Shown: positions 10,496 to 19,240, counted from the stretch's first letter. The stretch: 20,000 nucleotides of DNA from an uncultured Myxococcia bacterium (GCA_964617105.1 CAZTWC010000001.1:57938-77937); one strand, 5' to 3'. Notes: generated by a model not told the origin, from the letters alone. Numbers and translations: made by a program.

Positions 10496-11317
10496 TTAAC
10501 TTTTTAAGTTCAATAAATGGCGGCGGTTCACTCGCTCAGTGTCCATGGCCGAGAGGATTGAATTTTTAATACCTGGATATTTTTGATGCAGATTCTCCAG
10601 CAGGGTTTTTAACATTTTTCTCTTGAGATCACCCTGGCTATAGGGACAACCGCAAGACTGCACCGGAATTTTTGTTTTATAGGCAAATTTTACGATCAGC
10701 TCCTCTGGCACATAAACCAGGGGCCGAATAACTCGTCCTTTGCCATCATCACAGAGCAAATTGGCCGACATCCCCTTGATTTGGCCAATAAAAAACAGGT
10801 TTAACAGCAGAGTTTCCACAAAATCATCCATATGATGCCCCAGAGCCAACTTGTTGAATCCCCGTTTCCAGGCAAAATCGTAAAGAACTCCGCGCCTGAC
10901 TCTGGAGCATAGAGAGCAGGGGCAATCCCCGGGTTGAAGCGCCTGGATGATGATCTCATTGATACCGCCATCGCCAGCTGGAATAATATGAAAAGGGATA
11001 TCTATCCGGGCCATATAATTGACCAGCCGCTCCCGGTCAAACTCTTCAAATTTATTATCAACATAGGCTGCCTCCAGATGATACTTAACCGGCGCTTTCA
11101 CCTGCAGCCGCCGCAAAACATGAAGCATGGTCAGAGAATCCTTGCCCCCGGAAACCGCCACCAAAATCTTATCACCATCAGCAGTCAGTTGAAAATCTCC
11201 AATAGCCTGCCCCACCTTTTTGACAATTTTCCGCCCACTTCCGCGGGTCAATTCCTGTTGTATTAAAGCCGGTGTATGCATAGACGCCATCCTATCTTTA
11301 ATGTGATTGGTTGGCAA
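10496..11317 (-). CDS. ttcA: tRNA 2-thiocytidine(32) synthetase TtcA (PP-loop ATPase, Fe-S)
   Basis: SGGKDS PP-loop, CPCSLCSRVRRG, ALGHHMDDFVETLLLNLF, VIRPL and a C-terminal CGC. The true start may be ATG at 11290. Confidence 0.88.
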   Translation of the reverse strand: MPTNHIKDRMASMHTPALIQQELTRGSGRKIVKKVGQAIGDFQLTADGDKILVAVSGGKDSLTMLHVLRRLQVKAPVKYHLEAAYVDNKFEEFDRERLVNYMARIDIPFHIIPAGDGGINEIIIQALQPGDCPCSLCSRVRRGVLYDFAWKRGFNKLALGHHMDDFVETLLLNLFFIGQIKGMSANLLCDDGKGRVIRPLVYVPEELIVKFAYKTKIPVQSCGCPYSQGDLKRKMLKTLLENLHQKYPGIKNSILSAMDTERVNRRHLLNLKS

Positions 11318-11537
11318 TGATTTTTAATTGGGTTTGCTCCCAATTGAGGGGTGATTTCAGGCGTCAAAAGATGTTGGCATACCCATATGGTAACCGAGGC
11401 AGTCGCCCCATATTTGTCGTTGAGATCTGCCCCGGCTTGCCAGTGGCTGGCCAGGTTACCGTTTTGAAACTAACCTGACTAACCATCCAAATTTACCTGC
11501 CTACAGCCCAATCCTCAACTCCGGCGTCACATTTTCC

Positions 11538-11566
11538 TTGCTATATGGGTATCTATACTATATATT
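11538..11566 (+). promoter_or_regulatory. Putative sigma70-type promoter for the exbB operon
   Basis: TTGCTA (11538-11543), 17-nt spacer, TATATT (11561-11566) in an AT-rich divergent intergenic region. RBS-like AGAGGT precedes ATG 11639. Confidence 0.45.
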
Positions 11567-11580
11567 GAGCACCCTTGTGA

Positions 11581-11594
11581 TATGAATATTCATA
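11581..11594. promoter_or_regulatory. Perfect 14-bp palindrome TATGAATATTCATA, putative operator
   Basis: Self-complementary sequence just downstream of the putative -10 and 44 bp upstream of exbB. Confidence 0.5.
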
Positions 11595-11638
11595 GGCTAA
11601 TAATACTTGGCAATTTTATATGATCTAAAGAGGTAGAT

Positions 11639-12268
11639 ATGTTAACCAAATTAGTGATGAATTTTGTTTTAATCGGGGCCGAATGGGTTTTGTGGCTCCT
11701 GTTTATCCTTAGTTTCCTCTCCATTGCCATTGTTATCGAGAGAGCGATCTTTTTTGTCCAGCGAACCCTGGGGGTCAAGACCATTAGAGATAAAATAGTG
11801 CCTCTGCTTAAGGAGCATAAGTTTGACCAGGTGCTGGTTATTGCTAAAAGTAAATCCACCACTGAAGGTAATATTATTGCCGCGGGAATCAAGTCCAGCA
11901 TGACGGAAAACCCCGGGGCGGTAGAGCGCCGGATGAGCGGAACCATGGCCCTGGAACAGGAAAAACTGGAGCGCTGGCTCTCCTTTTTGGGTACCCTGGG
12001 CAACAATGCCCCCTTTATTGGACTATTTGGCACAGTGCTGGGGATTATCAAAGCTTTTCATGATCTGTCTATGGACACCCAGGGCGGAGCCAGTGTGGTG
12101 ATGACGGGAATATCGGAAGCCCTGGTGGCCACAGCGGTGGGGCTGTTTGTAGCTATCCCGGCGGTGGTGACTTTTAATATATTCCAGCGGGCCATTGCCC
12201 GAAAAATGGCCAACAGTGAAGCTTTGGCCGAAGCCTTGCTGGCCGCCCTCAAAGGAAATAAACAGTAA
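11639..12268 (+). CDS. exbB: ExbB/TolQ (MotA/TolQ/ExbB proton channel family)
   Basis: LGTLGNNAPFIGLFGTVLGIIKAF and GISEALVATAVGLFVAIPA motifs, three hydrophobic segments, context with exbD/tonB/TBDR. Confidence 0.92.
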   Translation: MLTKLVMNFVLIGAEWVLWLLFILSFLSIAIVIERAIFFVQRTLGVKTIRDKIVPLLKEHKFDQVLVIAKSKSTTEGNIIAAGIKSSMTENPGAVERRMSGTMALEQEKLERWLSFLGTLGNNAPFIGLFGTVLGIIKAFHDLSMDTQGGASVVMTGISEALVATAVGLFVAIPAVVTFNIFQRAIARKMANSEALAEALLAALKGNKQ

Positions 12269-12744
12269 TGCAACGGTTTAGAAAATTAAAAAATAATAAT
12301 CTAATCACTGATATCAATATCACTCCTCTGGTGGATATCACCCTGGTTTTGCTGATTATCTTTATGGTGACCGCCACTTATATCGCCCGCCTGGCTATCC
12401 CACTAGAGTTGCCCAAAGCCGGGTCTGCGGAGCAGATGGAGGATAGTTTATTGGCGGTCACCCTGGGCCAGGAAAACAAACTCTATCTTAACGGCCAGGA
12501 AGCCCGGGATAGAGATCTGGAACAGGCGGTGGAAAATTTTCAAAAAGATAACAAAAAGATCCGGGTGCTCATATCAGCCGATCGGCGGGTGAGTTTTGAG
12601 CGGTTTGTTAATGTTCTTGACCGGTTACAAATTTTAGGCGTTATACATCATGCCATAAATACCGTCCCCTTTGACCAGGATGAGTTGATTGAAGATGATA
12701 ACCAGAACAGGGATTCCAAAGAGGATAACAAGGTGAAAGAGTGA
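12268..12744 (+). CDS. exbD: ExbD/TolR biopolymer transport protein
   Basis: DINITPLVDITLVLLIIFMV signature with the TM Asp, LELPKA, ISADRRV. TAATG overlap with exbB. Confidence 0.92.
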   Translation: MQRFRKLKNNNLITDINITPLVDITLVLLIIFMVTATYIARLAIPLELPKAGSAEQMEDSLLAVTLGQENKLYLNGQEARDRDLEQAVENFQKDNKKIRVLISADRRVSFERFVNVLDRLQILGVIHHAINTVPFDQDELIEDDNQNRDSKEDNKVKE

Positions 12745-13556
12745 AGAGAGGACGCTGGCCCCTATCCTTTGTTGGCTCTTTGCTGTTGCACCTGGCATTT
12801 GTGGTGATTATGCTTTTCTTGCCCAGAGCAGAGATAAAAAGCAACCATAAAATGGCGGTGATGGTGGTAAAAAAAGATCTGCGCCCCAAAAAAGAACCGC
12901 CGAAAAAAAAGAAACCCGATAAAAAACCGGAACCACCCAAAAAGATAGAGCCGAAAAAAAAGAAAAGGCCTCCCAGGGTAAAATCTCCCAAAAAGATGGA
13001 GAAAAAGGAGCCGGAAAAACCGGTGAAGCCCAAAGAGCTGACTCCCCAGCAGAAACCAAAACCCAAAAAGCCTTTGCCCATCATCCCCAACTTTGGTTTG
13101 AAAATGGAGGCTGCTACTGCGGCCGGCGGTTCAGTGTCGGTGGCGGTTTCAGGCGGCACCACCGTGGCTGATCCAAAAATCGAGGGCAACAGCAACAAGC
13201 CACGAGCCATAAAGGGGGAGCCCAAACAGCCAGTGGCCCAGGACTCTTTGGATGAGGATGGAGTTCCCTCCGCCACCATGCACCAGGTAAAAAAGCAGGC
13301 CCGGGTAATCCAGCGGGTGATGCCAGATTATCCGGAAAAACTGCGCCGGCTGGAAATCGAGGGGAAGGTGAAACTGGAATTGCGCATCGATGAAAAGGGA
13401 GTGGTTACCCATATCAAGGTTTTGAAAAGCCTGCACACTTTGGCTGACCAGGAAGCCATCAAGGCGGCCCGCAAGATGAAGTTCTCCCCAGCCACAGTGG
13501 ATGGCCGGGCAGTGGCAATCAAAATACCCTACACCTTTACATTTGTATTAGAGTAA
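12741..13556 (+). CDS. tonB: Energy transducer TonB
   Basis: N-terminal TM with SLLLH, Lys/Pro/Glu-rich spacer (KKEPPKKKKPDKKPEPPKK), C-terminal TonB domain (PDYPEKLRRLEIEGKVKLELRIDEKGVV...FSPA...G). GTGA overlap with exbD. Confidence 0.9.
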   Translation: MKRGRWPLSFVGSLLLHLAFVVIMLFLPRAEIKSNHKMAVMVVKKDLRPKKEPPKKKKPDKKPEPPKKIEPKKKKRPPRVKSPKKMEKKEPEKPVKPKELTPQQKPKPKKPLPIIPNFGLKMEAATAAGGSVSVAVSGGTTVADPKIEGNSNKPRAIKGEPKQPVAQDSLDEDGVPSATMHQVKKQARVIQRVMPDYPEKLRRLEIEGKVKLELRIDEKGVVTHIKVLKSLHTLADQEAIKAARKMKFSPATVDGRAVAIKIPYTFTFVLE

Positions 13557-13584
13557 ATTTTTTTAAGAAAGAATAGTTTTCCAT

Positions 13585-16221
13585 ATGCTGTATTCAATTT
13601 CTCGTGTTTTGACTTTTTGGCTGCTGTTTTCCCTACTGCCCCTCTCCTCTGGATTGGCCTTTGAAGGAGTGCGTCAAGAGGAGGTGAAGGAGCCGCCCAA
13701 GCCCAAACTAACTAAACCACCCAAAATGCTGAAATTTATTGAAGCCGTCTATCCCGCCACTGCCTTGAAAGATAAAACGCAGGCCTCGGTGGAGATGCTG
13801 ATTACTCTTGACAACCAGGGTAATGTTACGGATGTGAAGGTGACCAAACCGGCGGGACTGGGTTTTGACCTGGCTGCCATGGAGGCTATCAAAAAATTTA
13901 AATTCTCTCCAGCAGAGGTGGATGGAAAGCCCTCCCCTATCCAAATCATCTATGTGTATAATTTTATTATCAAAGAGGAGGTGAAAAAACCAGATTTCTC
14001 CCGACCTGGCCTGGGTACGATCTCAGTTAAGGGGCGGGTCCGGGAGGCTGGCACCCGGCTGGGAATCGCCGGCGCCGCAGTTTCAACCGGCAAAACCATG
14101 GTGTCGGTAACTGCCGACAAGAGAGGTTTTTTCCAGATTCGTGGCCTGGCGCCGGGAAAATACCGTCTGCTGGCCTCCAGCCCGGAGCACCAAAAACTGG
14201 ACACCCCCATAGAGGTCAAAGAGGGGATGGAAACCCAGATTGATCTGTATCTACAGCCCCTGGTGGAAAACCCTTACGAAACCGTGGTTCGGGGGGAGCG
14301 CTTCAAACAGGTGGTCACCCGTTACACGGTGCAGCAACGGCAGTTGGTTACAGTACCCGGCACCTTTGGAGATCCCATCCGGGTGGTGCAAAACCTGCCA
14401 GGCTCCTCCCGGGCTCCCGGAATTCTGGGGGTAATGCTGATTAGGGGCTCATCCCCCCAGGATTCCAAAACCTTTATCGATGGGGTGGAGGTGCCGCTGC
14501 TATTTCACTTTTTAGGCGGCCCATCCATTATCAATGCCCAGATACTGGACAAAATCGACTACTATCCAGGTAACTTTTCAGCCCGGTACGGCAACGCTTC
14601 GGCCGGCATTATTGATGTTAAGACTAAAAATACCTCTCCGGAAAGGTGGCGAGGCAGCACCCAAATAGATTTTTTACACTCTGGAGCCTATATTGAAGGG
14701 CCGGTAACCGACAAACTATCCTTTGCCCTGGCGGGAAGGCGCTCCTATATCGACCTGCTCCTCCCCTCGGTGCTGGAAGCCGCAGGCCAGGAATCACTTA
14801 CCGTAGCCCCCTTCTATTGGGATTACCAAATTAAAACCGACTATTCTCTGCCTGGAGATGACCGCTTATCCCTGTTCTCCTTTGCCTCCCACGACAGCCT
14901 GACGGTGGTGGATACCACCGGCTCAGACACCGAAGATTCCTTTTCTTTAAAAACCAGAATCGGCTTTTACCGCACCTATGTAAAGTGGCTGCACAATGTT
15001 TCGGATCAATTTATTTTTACTCTGCAGCCCTTTTACGCTTACTCGCTGTTTCGAATGGAACTCCAGGATATTAACATTGATAACAACCTGCTGGAGTGGG
15101 GAGCACGCAGCGAAGTTGAGTGGATTCCATCTAAGCAGTTCAATCTGACTTTGGGCATGGATGCCAGATATAGCAATCCCAAAATCAAAATGAAAGTCCC
15201 CGCTTTTACCGACACCAAATGGCCTGGCACCTGGACCGACCGGGGCGGCAGCAACTTTTCCGATGAGATGACAACTATTGTCCGAACCATAGACGGTTAT
15301 TTGCTGGCTCCATACCTTACCGCCACTTGGAAGATTTTGGGCAATCTGCAATTGATTCCCGGTTTAAGGGCCAATTATAACTATTACCATAGTGGCGGAA
15401 ACCGCTTTTGTCTGGACCCCCGTCTGGTGATCCGCTGGATACTGGGGCCTGAAACAGTAATCAAAGCGGGGGCTGGCCTATACAGCCAACTACCCGATTT
15501 TCAATATTTTGATGAGCAGTACGGCAATCCGGATATCCCCTTTCAGAGAGCGGAGCAATACGGATTGGGGATAGAGCAAAAACTAACTTCAGTTATCGAC
15601 CTGGACCTGCAGGCTTTTTATATCTATCGCTACGATATCCCCTGGATGTCTGATCAATATCGAGGAGAAGGGGAAAACCGGCGGCGGGAAAGATTTGCTC
15701 CCACGGGCCAGGCTTTTGCCTTTGGCATGGAAGCCATGCTCAAACACCAGGTGACCAGGAGTTTTTACGGTTGGGTGGCCTATACCCTATCTCAATCCAA
15801 GCAAAAAATGAGAGGCGATCTACCCTGGCGGCTGACCACTTTTGATCAGACCCACATCCTCACGGTGGTGGGCAGTTGGAAACCGGTAGCCGGCTGGGAG
15901 ATGGGAATCCGTTTCCGTCTGGTTTCCGGTAACCCCGATACACCAGTCACAAGCAGCACCTTTGATGCTGACACCCAAAACTATAAACAGTTGACTGGCG
16001 GAATATCATCAATTCGAAATCCCCTGTTTAATCAACTGGACTTTCGGATAGAGAAAAGTTGGACCTTCCAGTATTGGGTTTTATCCCTGTACCTGGATAT
16101 TCAAAACGTTTACAATGCTGAAAACCAGGAAGCCACCCGCTGGGACTATCGGTTTAAATATTCTGGGGCTGTACCCGGTCTGCCAATTTTGCCAACTTTG
16201 GGAATCAAGGGGAGTTTTTAG
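13585..16221 (+). CDS. TonB-dependent outer-membrane receptor with N-terminal TonB_C-like and carboxypeptidase-regulatory-like domains
   Basis: Signal peptide; TonB_C-like domain (aa ~40-126); Ig/CarboxypepD-like domain (VKGRVRE...ADKRGFFQIRGLAPGKYRL); plug (PGTFGDPIRVVQNLPG...IRGS...FIDGVEVP...YGNASAGIIDV); barrel features (DPRL, DIQNVYN) and a C-terminal Phe. Confidence 0.9.
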   Translation: MLYSISRVLTFWLLFSLLPLSSGLAFEGVRQEEVKEPPKPKLTKPPKMLKFIEAVYPATALKDKTQASVEMLITLDNQGNVTDVKVTKPAGLGFDLAAMEAIKKFKFSPAEVDGKPSPIQIIYVYNFIIKEEVKKPDFSRPGLGTISVKGRVREAGTRLGIAGAAVSTGKTMVSVTADKRGFFQIRGLAPGKYRLLASSPEHQKLDTPIEVKEGMETQIDLYLQPLVENPYETVVRGERFKQVVTRYTVQQRQLVTVPGTFGDPIRVVQNLPGSSRAPGILGVMLIRGSSPQDSKTFIDGVEVPLLFHFLGGPSIINAQILDKIDYYPGNFSARYGNASAGIIDVKTKNTSPERWRGSTQIDFLHSGAYIEGPVTDKLSFALAGRRSYIDLLLPSVLEAAGQESLTVAPFYWDYQIKTDYSLPGDDRLSLFSFASHDSLTVVDTTGSDTEDSFSLKTRIGFYRTYVKWLHNVSDQFIFTLQPFYAYSLFRMELQDINIDNNLLEWGARSEVEWIPSKQFNLTLGMDARYSNPKIKMKVPAFTDTKWPGTWTDRGGSNFSDEMTTIVRTIDGYLLAPYLTATWKILGNLQLIPGLRANYNYYHSGGNRFCLDPRLVIRWILGPETVIKAGAGLYSQLPDFQYFDEQYGNPDIPFQRAEQYGLGIEQKLTSVIDLDLQAFYIYRYDIPWMSDQYRGEGENRRRERFAPTGQAFAFGMEAMLKHQVTRSFYGWVAYTLSQSKQKMRGDLPWRLTTFDQTHILTVVGSWKPVAGWEMGIRFRLVSGNPDTPVTSSTFDADTQNYKQLTGGISSIRNPLFNQLDFRIEKSWTFQYWVLSLYLDIQNVYNAENQEATRWDYRFKYSGAVPGLPILPTLGIKGSF

Positions 16222-17157
16222 ATGATTTTAGATAGATTTTTCACGGTCATCCTGTTGGGAATAGTGTTTCTGATTTCCGGATGCAATTTGCCCCAATTTG
16301 AGCCGGCTCACCTGGTAAAGGACCGCCGTATCCTGGCAGTACGGGCAGAGCCACCAGAAGTACATCTGAATATCAAACTAAACCAGGGGAAACTCGACCT
16401 TTCCTCCATAAATCTGGATAAGATAGAGATGCCCTCTCTAAGCCTGTTGTTAGTGGAGCCGGCCGGTGCCATCGGTCCGGTCGCCTGGTCTGCTGTTGCC
16501 TGCCCCACCAATCGTGAATTTCGCTGTGATGGGGAGGCCACCAAAATGGAGTTGGGTCAGGGAGAGGATAAACCTGAAGATATCCGGATCAAACTAAAGG
16601 TAAACCAGTCGCTATTGATGGCCTGCGCCAAAGCGGATCCCCTGGCTGTGCTATCGGGCATTGCGGTTCAGGTTTCCATCAAGATCGGAGAGGGAGAGGA
16701 GGCTCTCTACGCCTCCAAGGATGTGGTTTTCGGATACCCTTTTCCAGCCGGCCGCACCCCCAATACCAACCCGGATAGCACTAAACTGCAAGTGGATCAA
16801 CAGGAATGGAAATCCAACATGAAGCCCGTAATAGAACCTGGACAAAAAATGAAGATAGATCCCATGCCCCGGGAAAATTCCCAGGAAGCCTATCAACTGG
16901 CCACTTTTAGCGGTTCCACCGAAAAATTCCAGGAGCGTTTTAAATATATCTTTTATGCTACGGCGGGTAAATTTTCCCCCGCCAAGACCGGTGGCCGCGA
17001 TTTTTTAGAGGAAGATACCCAGGATCCTTTCCACACCTTTTTTGCTATTCCCAAAGAGTATAAAGAATCAGGCCCCATCCGCTTTTGGATGATAATTGAC
17101 GATCAGCGCGGCGGCATTAACTGGCTGGAACGCGAAATTGAGGTGAAACCCAGGTAA
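16222..17157 (+). CDS. Putative lipoprotein partner of the TonB-dependent receptor
   Basis: Hydrophobic signal ending in lipobox ISGC (Cys21). ATG immediately follows the receptor's TAG. RILAVRAEPPE near the N-terminus and DQRGGINW near the C-terminus. Confidence 0.75.
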   Translation: MILDRFFTVILLGIVFLISGCNLPQFEPAHLVKDRRILAVRAEPPEVHLNIKLNQGKLDLSSINLDKIEMPSLSLLLVEPAGAIGPVAWSAVACPTNREFRCDGEATKMELGQGEDKPEDIRIKLKVNQSLLMACAKADPLAVLSGIAVQVSIKIGEGEEALYASKDVVFGYPFPAGRTPNTNPDSTKLQVDQQEWKSNMKPVIEPGQKMKIDPMPRENSQEAYQLATFSGSTEKFQERFKYIFYATAGKFSPAKTGGRDFLEEDTQDPFHTFFAIPKEYKESGPIRFWMIIDDQRGGINWLEREIEVKPR

Positions 17158-17241
17158 TTTTCAGAAATGCTCGGCTATTGAAAAGAAGATAAATATCTAG
17201 TATTGTAGTGCAATATAATTATTTTCCAATACGCTATCCCC

Positions 17242-19131
17242 ATGTTTTTAATGGCCACCACTGCCGGAGCCAATGAGAACGCCACCCTAATCACCATTAT
17301 TAAGGGAGTGCTGGGATCTCCCGGTAATATTCTTAAGGGTTTGATGGTGATCTTCAAACTGATCAAATATATCTTCAATCACAACACCCAGACCGGGTTC
17401 GATTTGGCCGGCTCTTTTGCCAGCCTTTTGACCGGCCTTACCAACTCTTTGATAACCCAGTTGCTCTTCGCCATACCGGCGGTCTCCACCTGGGTAGCAG
17501 AAAAACTGGTGGAAGAAGAGGCGGAAGAGGCTATCCCCTATGTTGGCTGGGCCTTCAAAATTGTAGCCAATGCAGCGGCTGCCGTCGATATGGCTGCCAC
17601 TACTGCTGAGTATTGTGCTCTCCCCTATGTGATTGAAAACACCATCTCCCTGGCCCACCAAGTTACGGTTACCGTGAAAAAAGACCCCCTTGATTCTCAG
17701 TTCCCCAGGGCAGCCACCAGCGTGGTGCTGAGTGTTTATGCCGGTAAAAATCCGGTGACCCTGACCAAGAAACTGACCGATACAGATTTAGCCAAATCCT
17801 CTTTGACCTTTGTGGTAAACGGTGTGCCTGCTACTGCCAAAACAGAAAAAGTGGTGGCGGTCTTTTATGATGATGTAACTGACTCTCCCGGTTTTGGAAT
17901 TACGCTGGGCTATGGAGAAGGAACCATTTTGAACAAAATAGTAGATGGCAAAACTCCCATTACCTCCTTTGAGATTAAAGAGAATCCAGTGCCTATCAAT
18001 GCCAACACCAAATTTGAACACAAGTTCAAATTAACCAAAGCCGATGGCAAATACGCCTGGGATGACAAAGCGGCAAAACCGGTTTATGAAGCCCTGGATA
18101 CCGGCGGCAAAGAGGGTACCCTCAATGAACTGAACAACATTACCCTTTGGGTACCAGGCGGTATGCTGGGATACTCCTGGCGGGCTGCCTCCAAAGGGAT
18201 GAAAGAGTGCGGCGGTGATGGGAGCGGCTCCCTCTATATGTTCAATAATGTAAATACGGTAATGGGCAAAGAGGACATAGGGCAAAAATTTTCGGGCTGC
18301 GGCTTCTCCCACCCTATGGCCATGGCCTATGACATGACCGCCCTGGGCGATCAGGCGGGTGGACGCCACTTCTATCTGGATGCCTACAATACCGATCCAA
18401 AAATACCCCAGTATCATCTGCGGAAAATAACCCTGGATCAAAACAATGACTTAAATGTGTGGAGCCTGAATAAAGAGAAAGATAAATCCTGGGGTATGTT
18501 CACCATGCCCATTAACCGGATGGCTGTTACCCACAACGGCTATGTGATAGGGATCTCCTCCGAATGGCACCGTATCGGTATTCTCAGACTTCCCGAAAAA
18601 GCCCTCTCCATGGATGACTACAAAAACAACGAACCCTTTGTGGCCCGGAGTTTGCTCACTGGAGGTAAAGGGAAAAATAACGATACCCTGCTCCACACCC
18701 CGGTGGCCCTCACCGTGAGCAAAGATAACGATCTGCTCATCCTGGAAGATAGCGGTACTTTTGCGGTTAAAGCGTTCTCCTGCGAAGGTAAGCCCAGAAA
18801 AATCTTCAAAGACAAATCAACTTCAAGACTGGTGTTGTCAAAATCTAAAGAGGATGCCAAAACCACTAACGTTAAGATGCTGGATATCTCTATTGATCGG
18901 GCCGGCCTATTCTTTGTGCTCTCTCAAACCGGTCATGGCACCTCTGCTGCTGACCATCATCTGGATATCTACGATATGGCGGGAAATCATATCAACCGCA
19001 ATAGTGGTATCACTGTGGCCCGCATGGTGGTTGATCCCTTCCGCAATCTTTACTCATTGAACTACGAAAAGATAAAAACCAGTTCAATAGTGGAGCCTTC
19101 GGTAAGTATTTGGCTACCAAGTATTAAGTAG
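17242..19131 (+). CDS. Uncharacterised protein: hydrophobic helical N-terminal region, beta-rich middle, C-terminal NHL-like beta-propeller; possibly 5'-truncated
   Basis: 629-aa ORF. NHL-like blades LLHTPVALTVSKDNDLLILEDSG...VKAFSCEGKP and MLDISIDRAGLFFVL...LDIYDMAG. No evident RBS or signal peptide. Confidence 0.65.
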   Translation: MFLMATTAGANENATLITIIKGVLGSPGNILKGLMVIFKLIKYIFNHNTQTGFDLAGSFASLLTGLTNSLITQLLFAIPAVSTWVAEKLVEEEAEEAIPYVGWAFKIVANAAAAVDMAATTAEYCALPYVIENTISLAHQVTVTVKKDPLDSQFPRAATSVVLSVYAGKNPVTLTKKLTDTDLAKSSLTFVVNGVPATAKTEKVVAVFYDDVTDSPGFGITLGYGEGTILNKIVDGKTPITSFEIKENPVPINANTKFEHKFKLTKADGKYAWDDKAAKPVYEALDTGGKEGTLNELNNITLWVPGGMLGYSWRAASKGMKECGGDGSGSLYMFNNVNTVMGKEDIGQKFSGCGFSHPMAMAYDMTALGDQAGGRHFYLDAYNTDPKIPQYHLRKITLDQNNDLNVWSLNKEKDKSWGMFTMPINRMAVTHNGYVIGISSEWHRIGILRLPEKALSMDDYKNNEPFVARSLLTGGKGKNNDTLLHTPVALTVSKDNDLLILEDSGTFAVKAFSCEGKPRKIFKDKSTSRLVLSKSKEDAKTTNVKMLDISIDRAGLFFVLSQTGHGTSAADHHLDIYDMAGNHINRNSGITVARMVVDPFRNLYSLNYEKIKTSSIVEPSVSIWLPSIK

Positions 19132-19143
19132 TAATTATCAAAG

Positions 19144-19181
19144 TTATCTGGTGGTGGTAGAGCACTACTACCACCAGATAA
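19144..19181. terminator. 17-bp-stem hairpin between convergent genes, probable terminator
   Basis: TTATCTGGTGGTGGTAG-AGCA-CTACTACCACCAGATAA with one non-Watson-Crick pair (G.U on the + transcript), 12 bp after the 19131 stop. U-tracts are weak. Confidence 0.6.
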
Positions 19182-19240
19182 TAAACCCGAATGCCCGCCA
19201 CCATCCCCGACAGCACAAAAGAGAGAACGGCAGGGCTCGC

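Noticed and set aside
11326-11345. Hairpin AATTGGG-TTTGCT-CCCAATT as a terminator
   Set aside because: Short stem, with the T-tract on the wrong side for either strand.
12880-13075. A-rich quasi-repeats resembling a tandem repeat or phase-variable tract
   Set aside because: They encode the normal Lys/Pro/Glu spacer of TonB, and the frame is intact.
11639-13556. Tol-Pal (tolQRA) or myxobacterial Agl gliding motor
   Set aside because: No tolB/pal or glt-like genes; direct coupling to a TonB-dependent receptor favours ExbBD-TonB.
1-17157. Siderophore cluster (NRPS plus TonB receptor)
   Set aside because: No catechol, hydroxamate or cyclization (DxxxxD) functions are visible and there is no canonical Fur box; proximity alone is insufficient.
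11590-18866. Minus-strand ORFs across the TonB operon and the 629-aa gene (e.g. 12641..13279, Phe/Gly-rich)
   Set aside because: Antisense shadows; the Phe/Gly richness mirrors the Lys/Pro codons of TonB.
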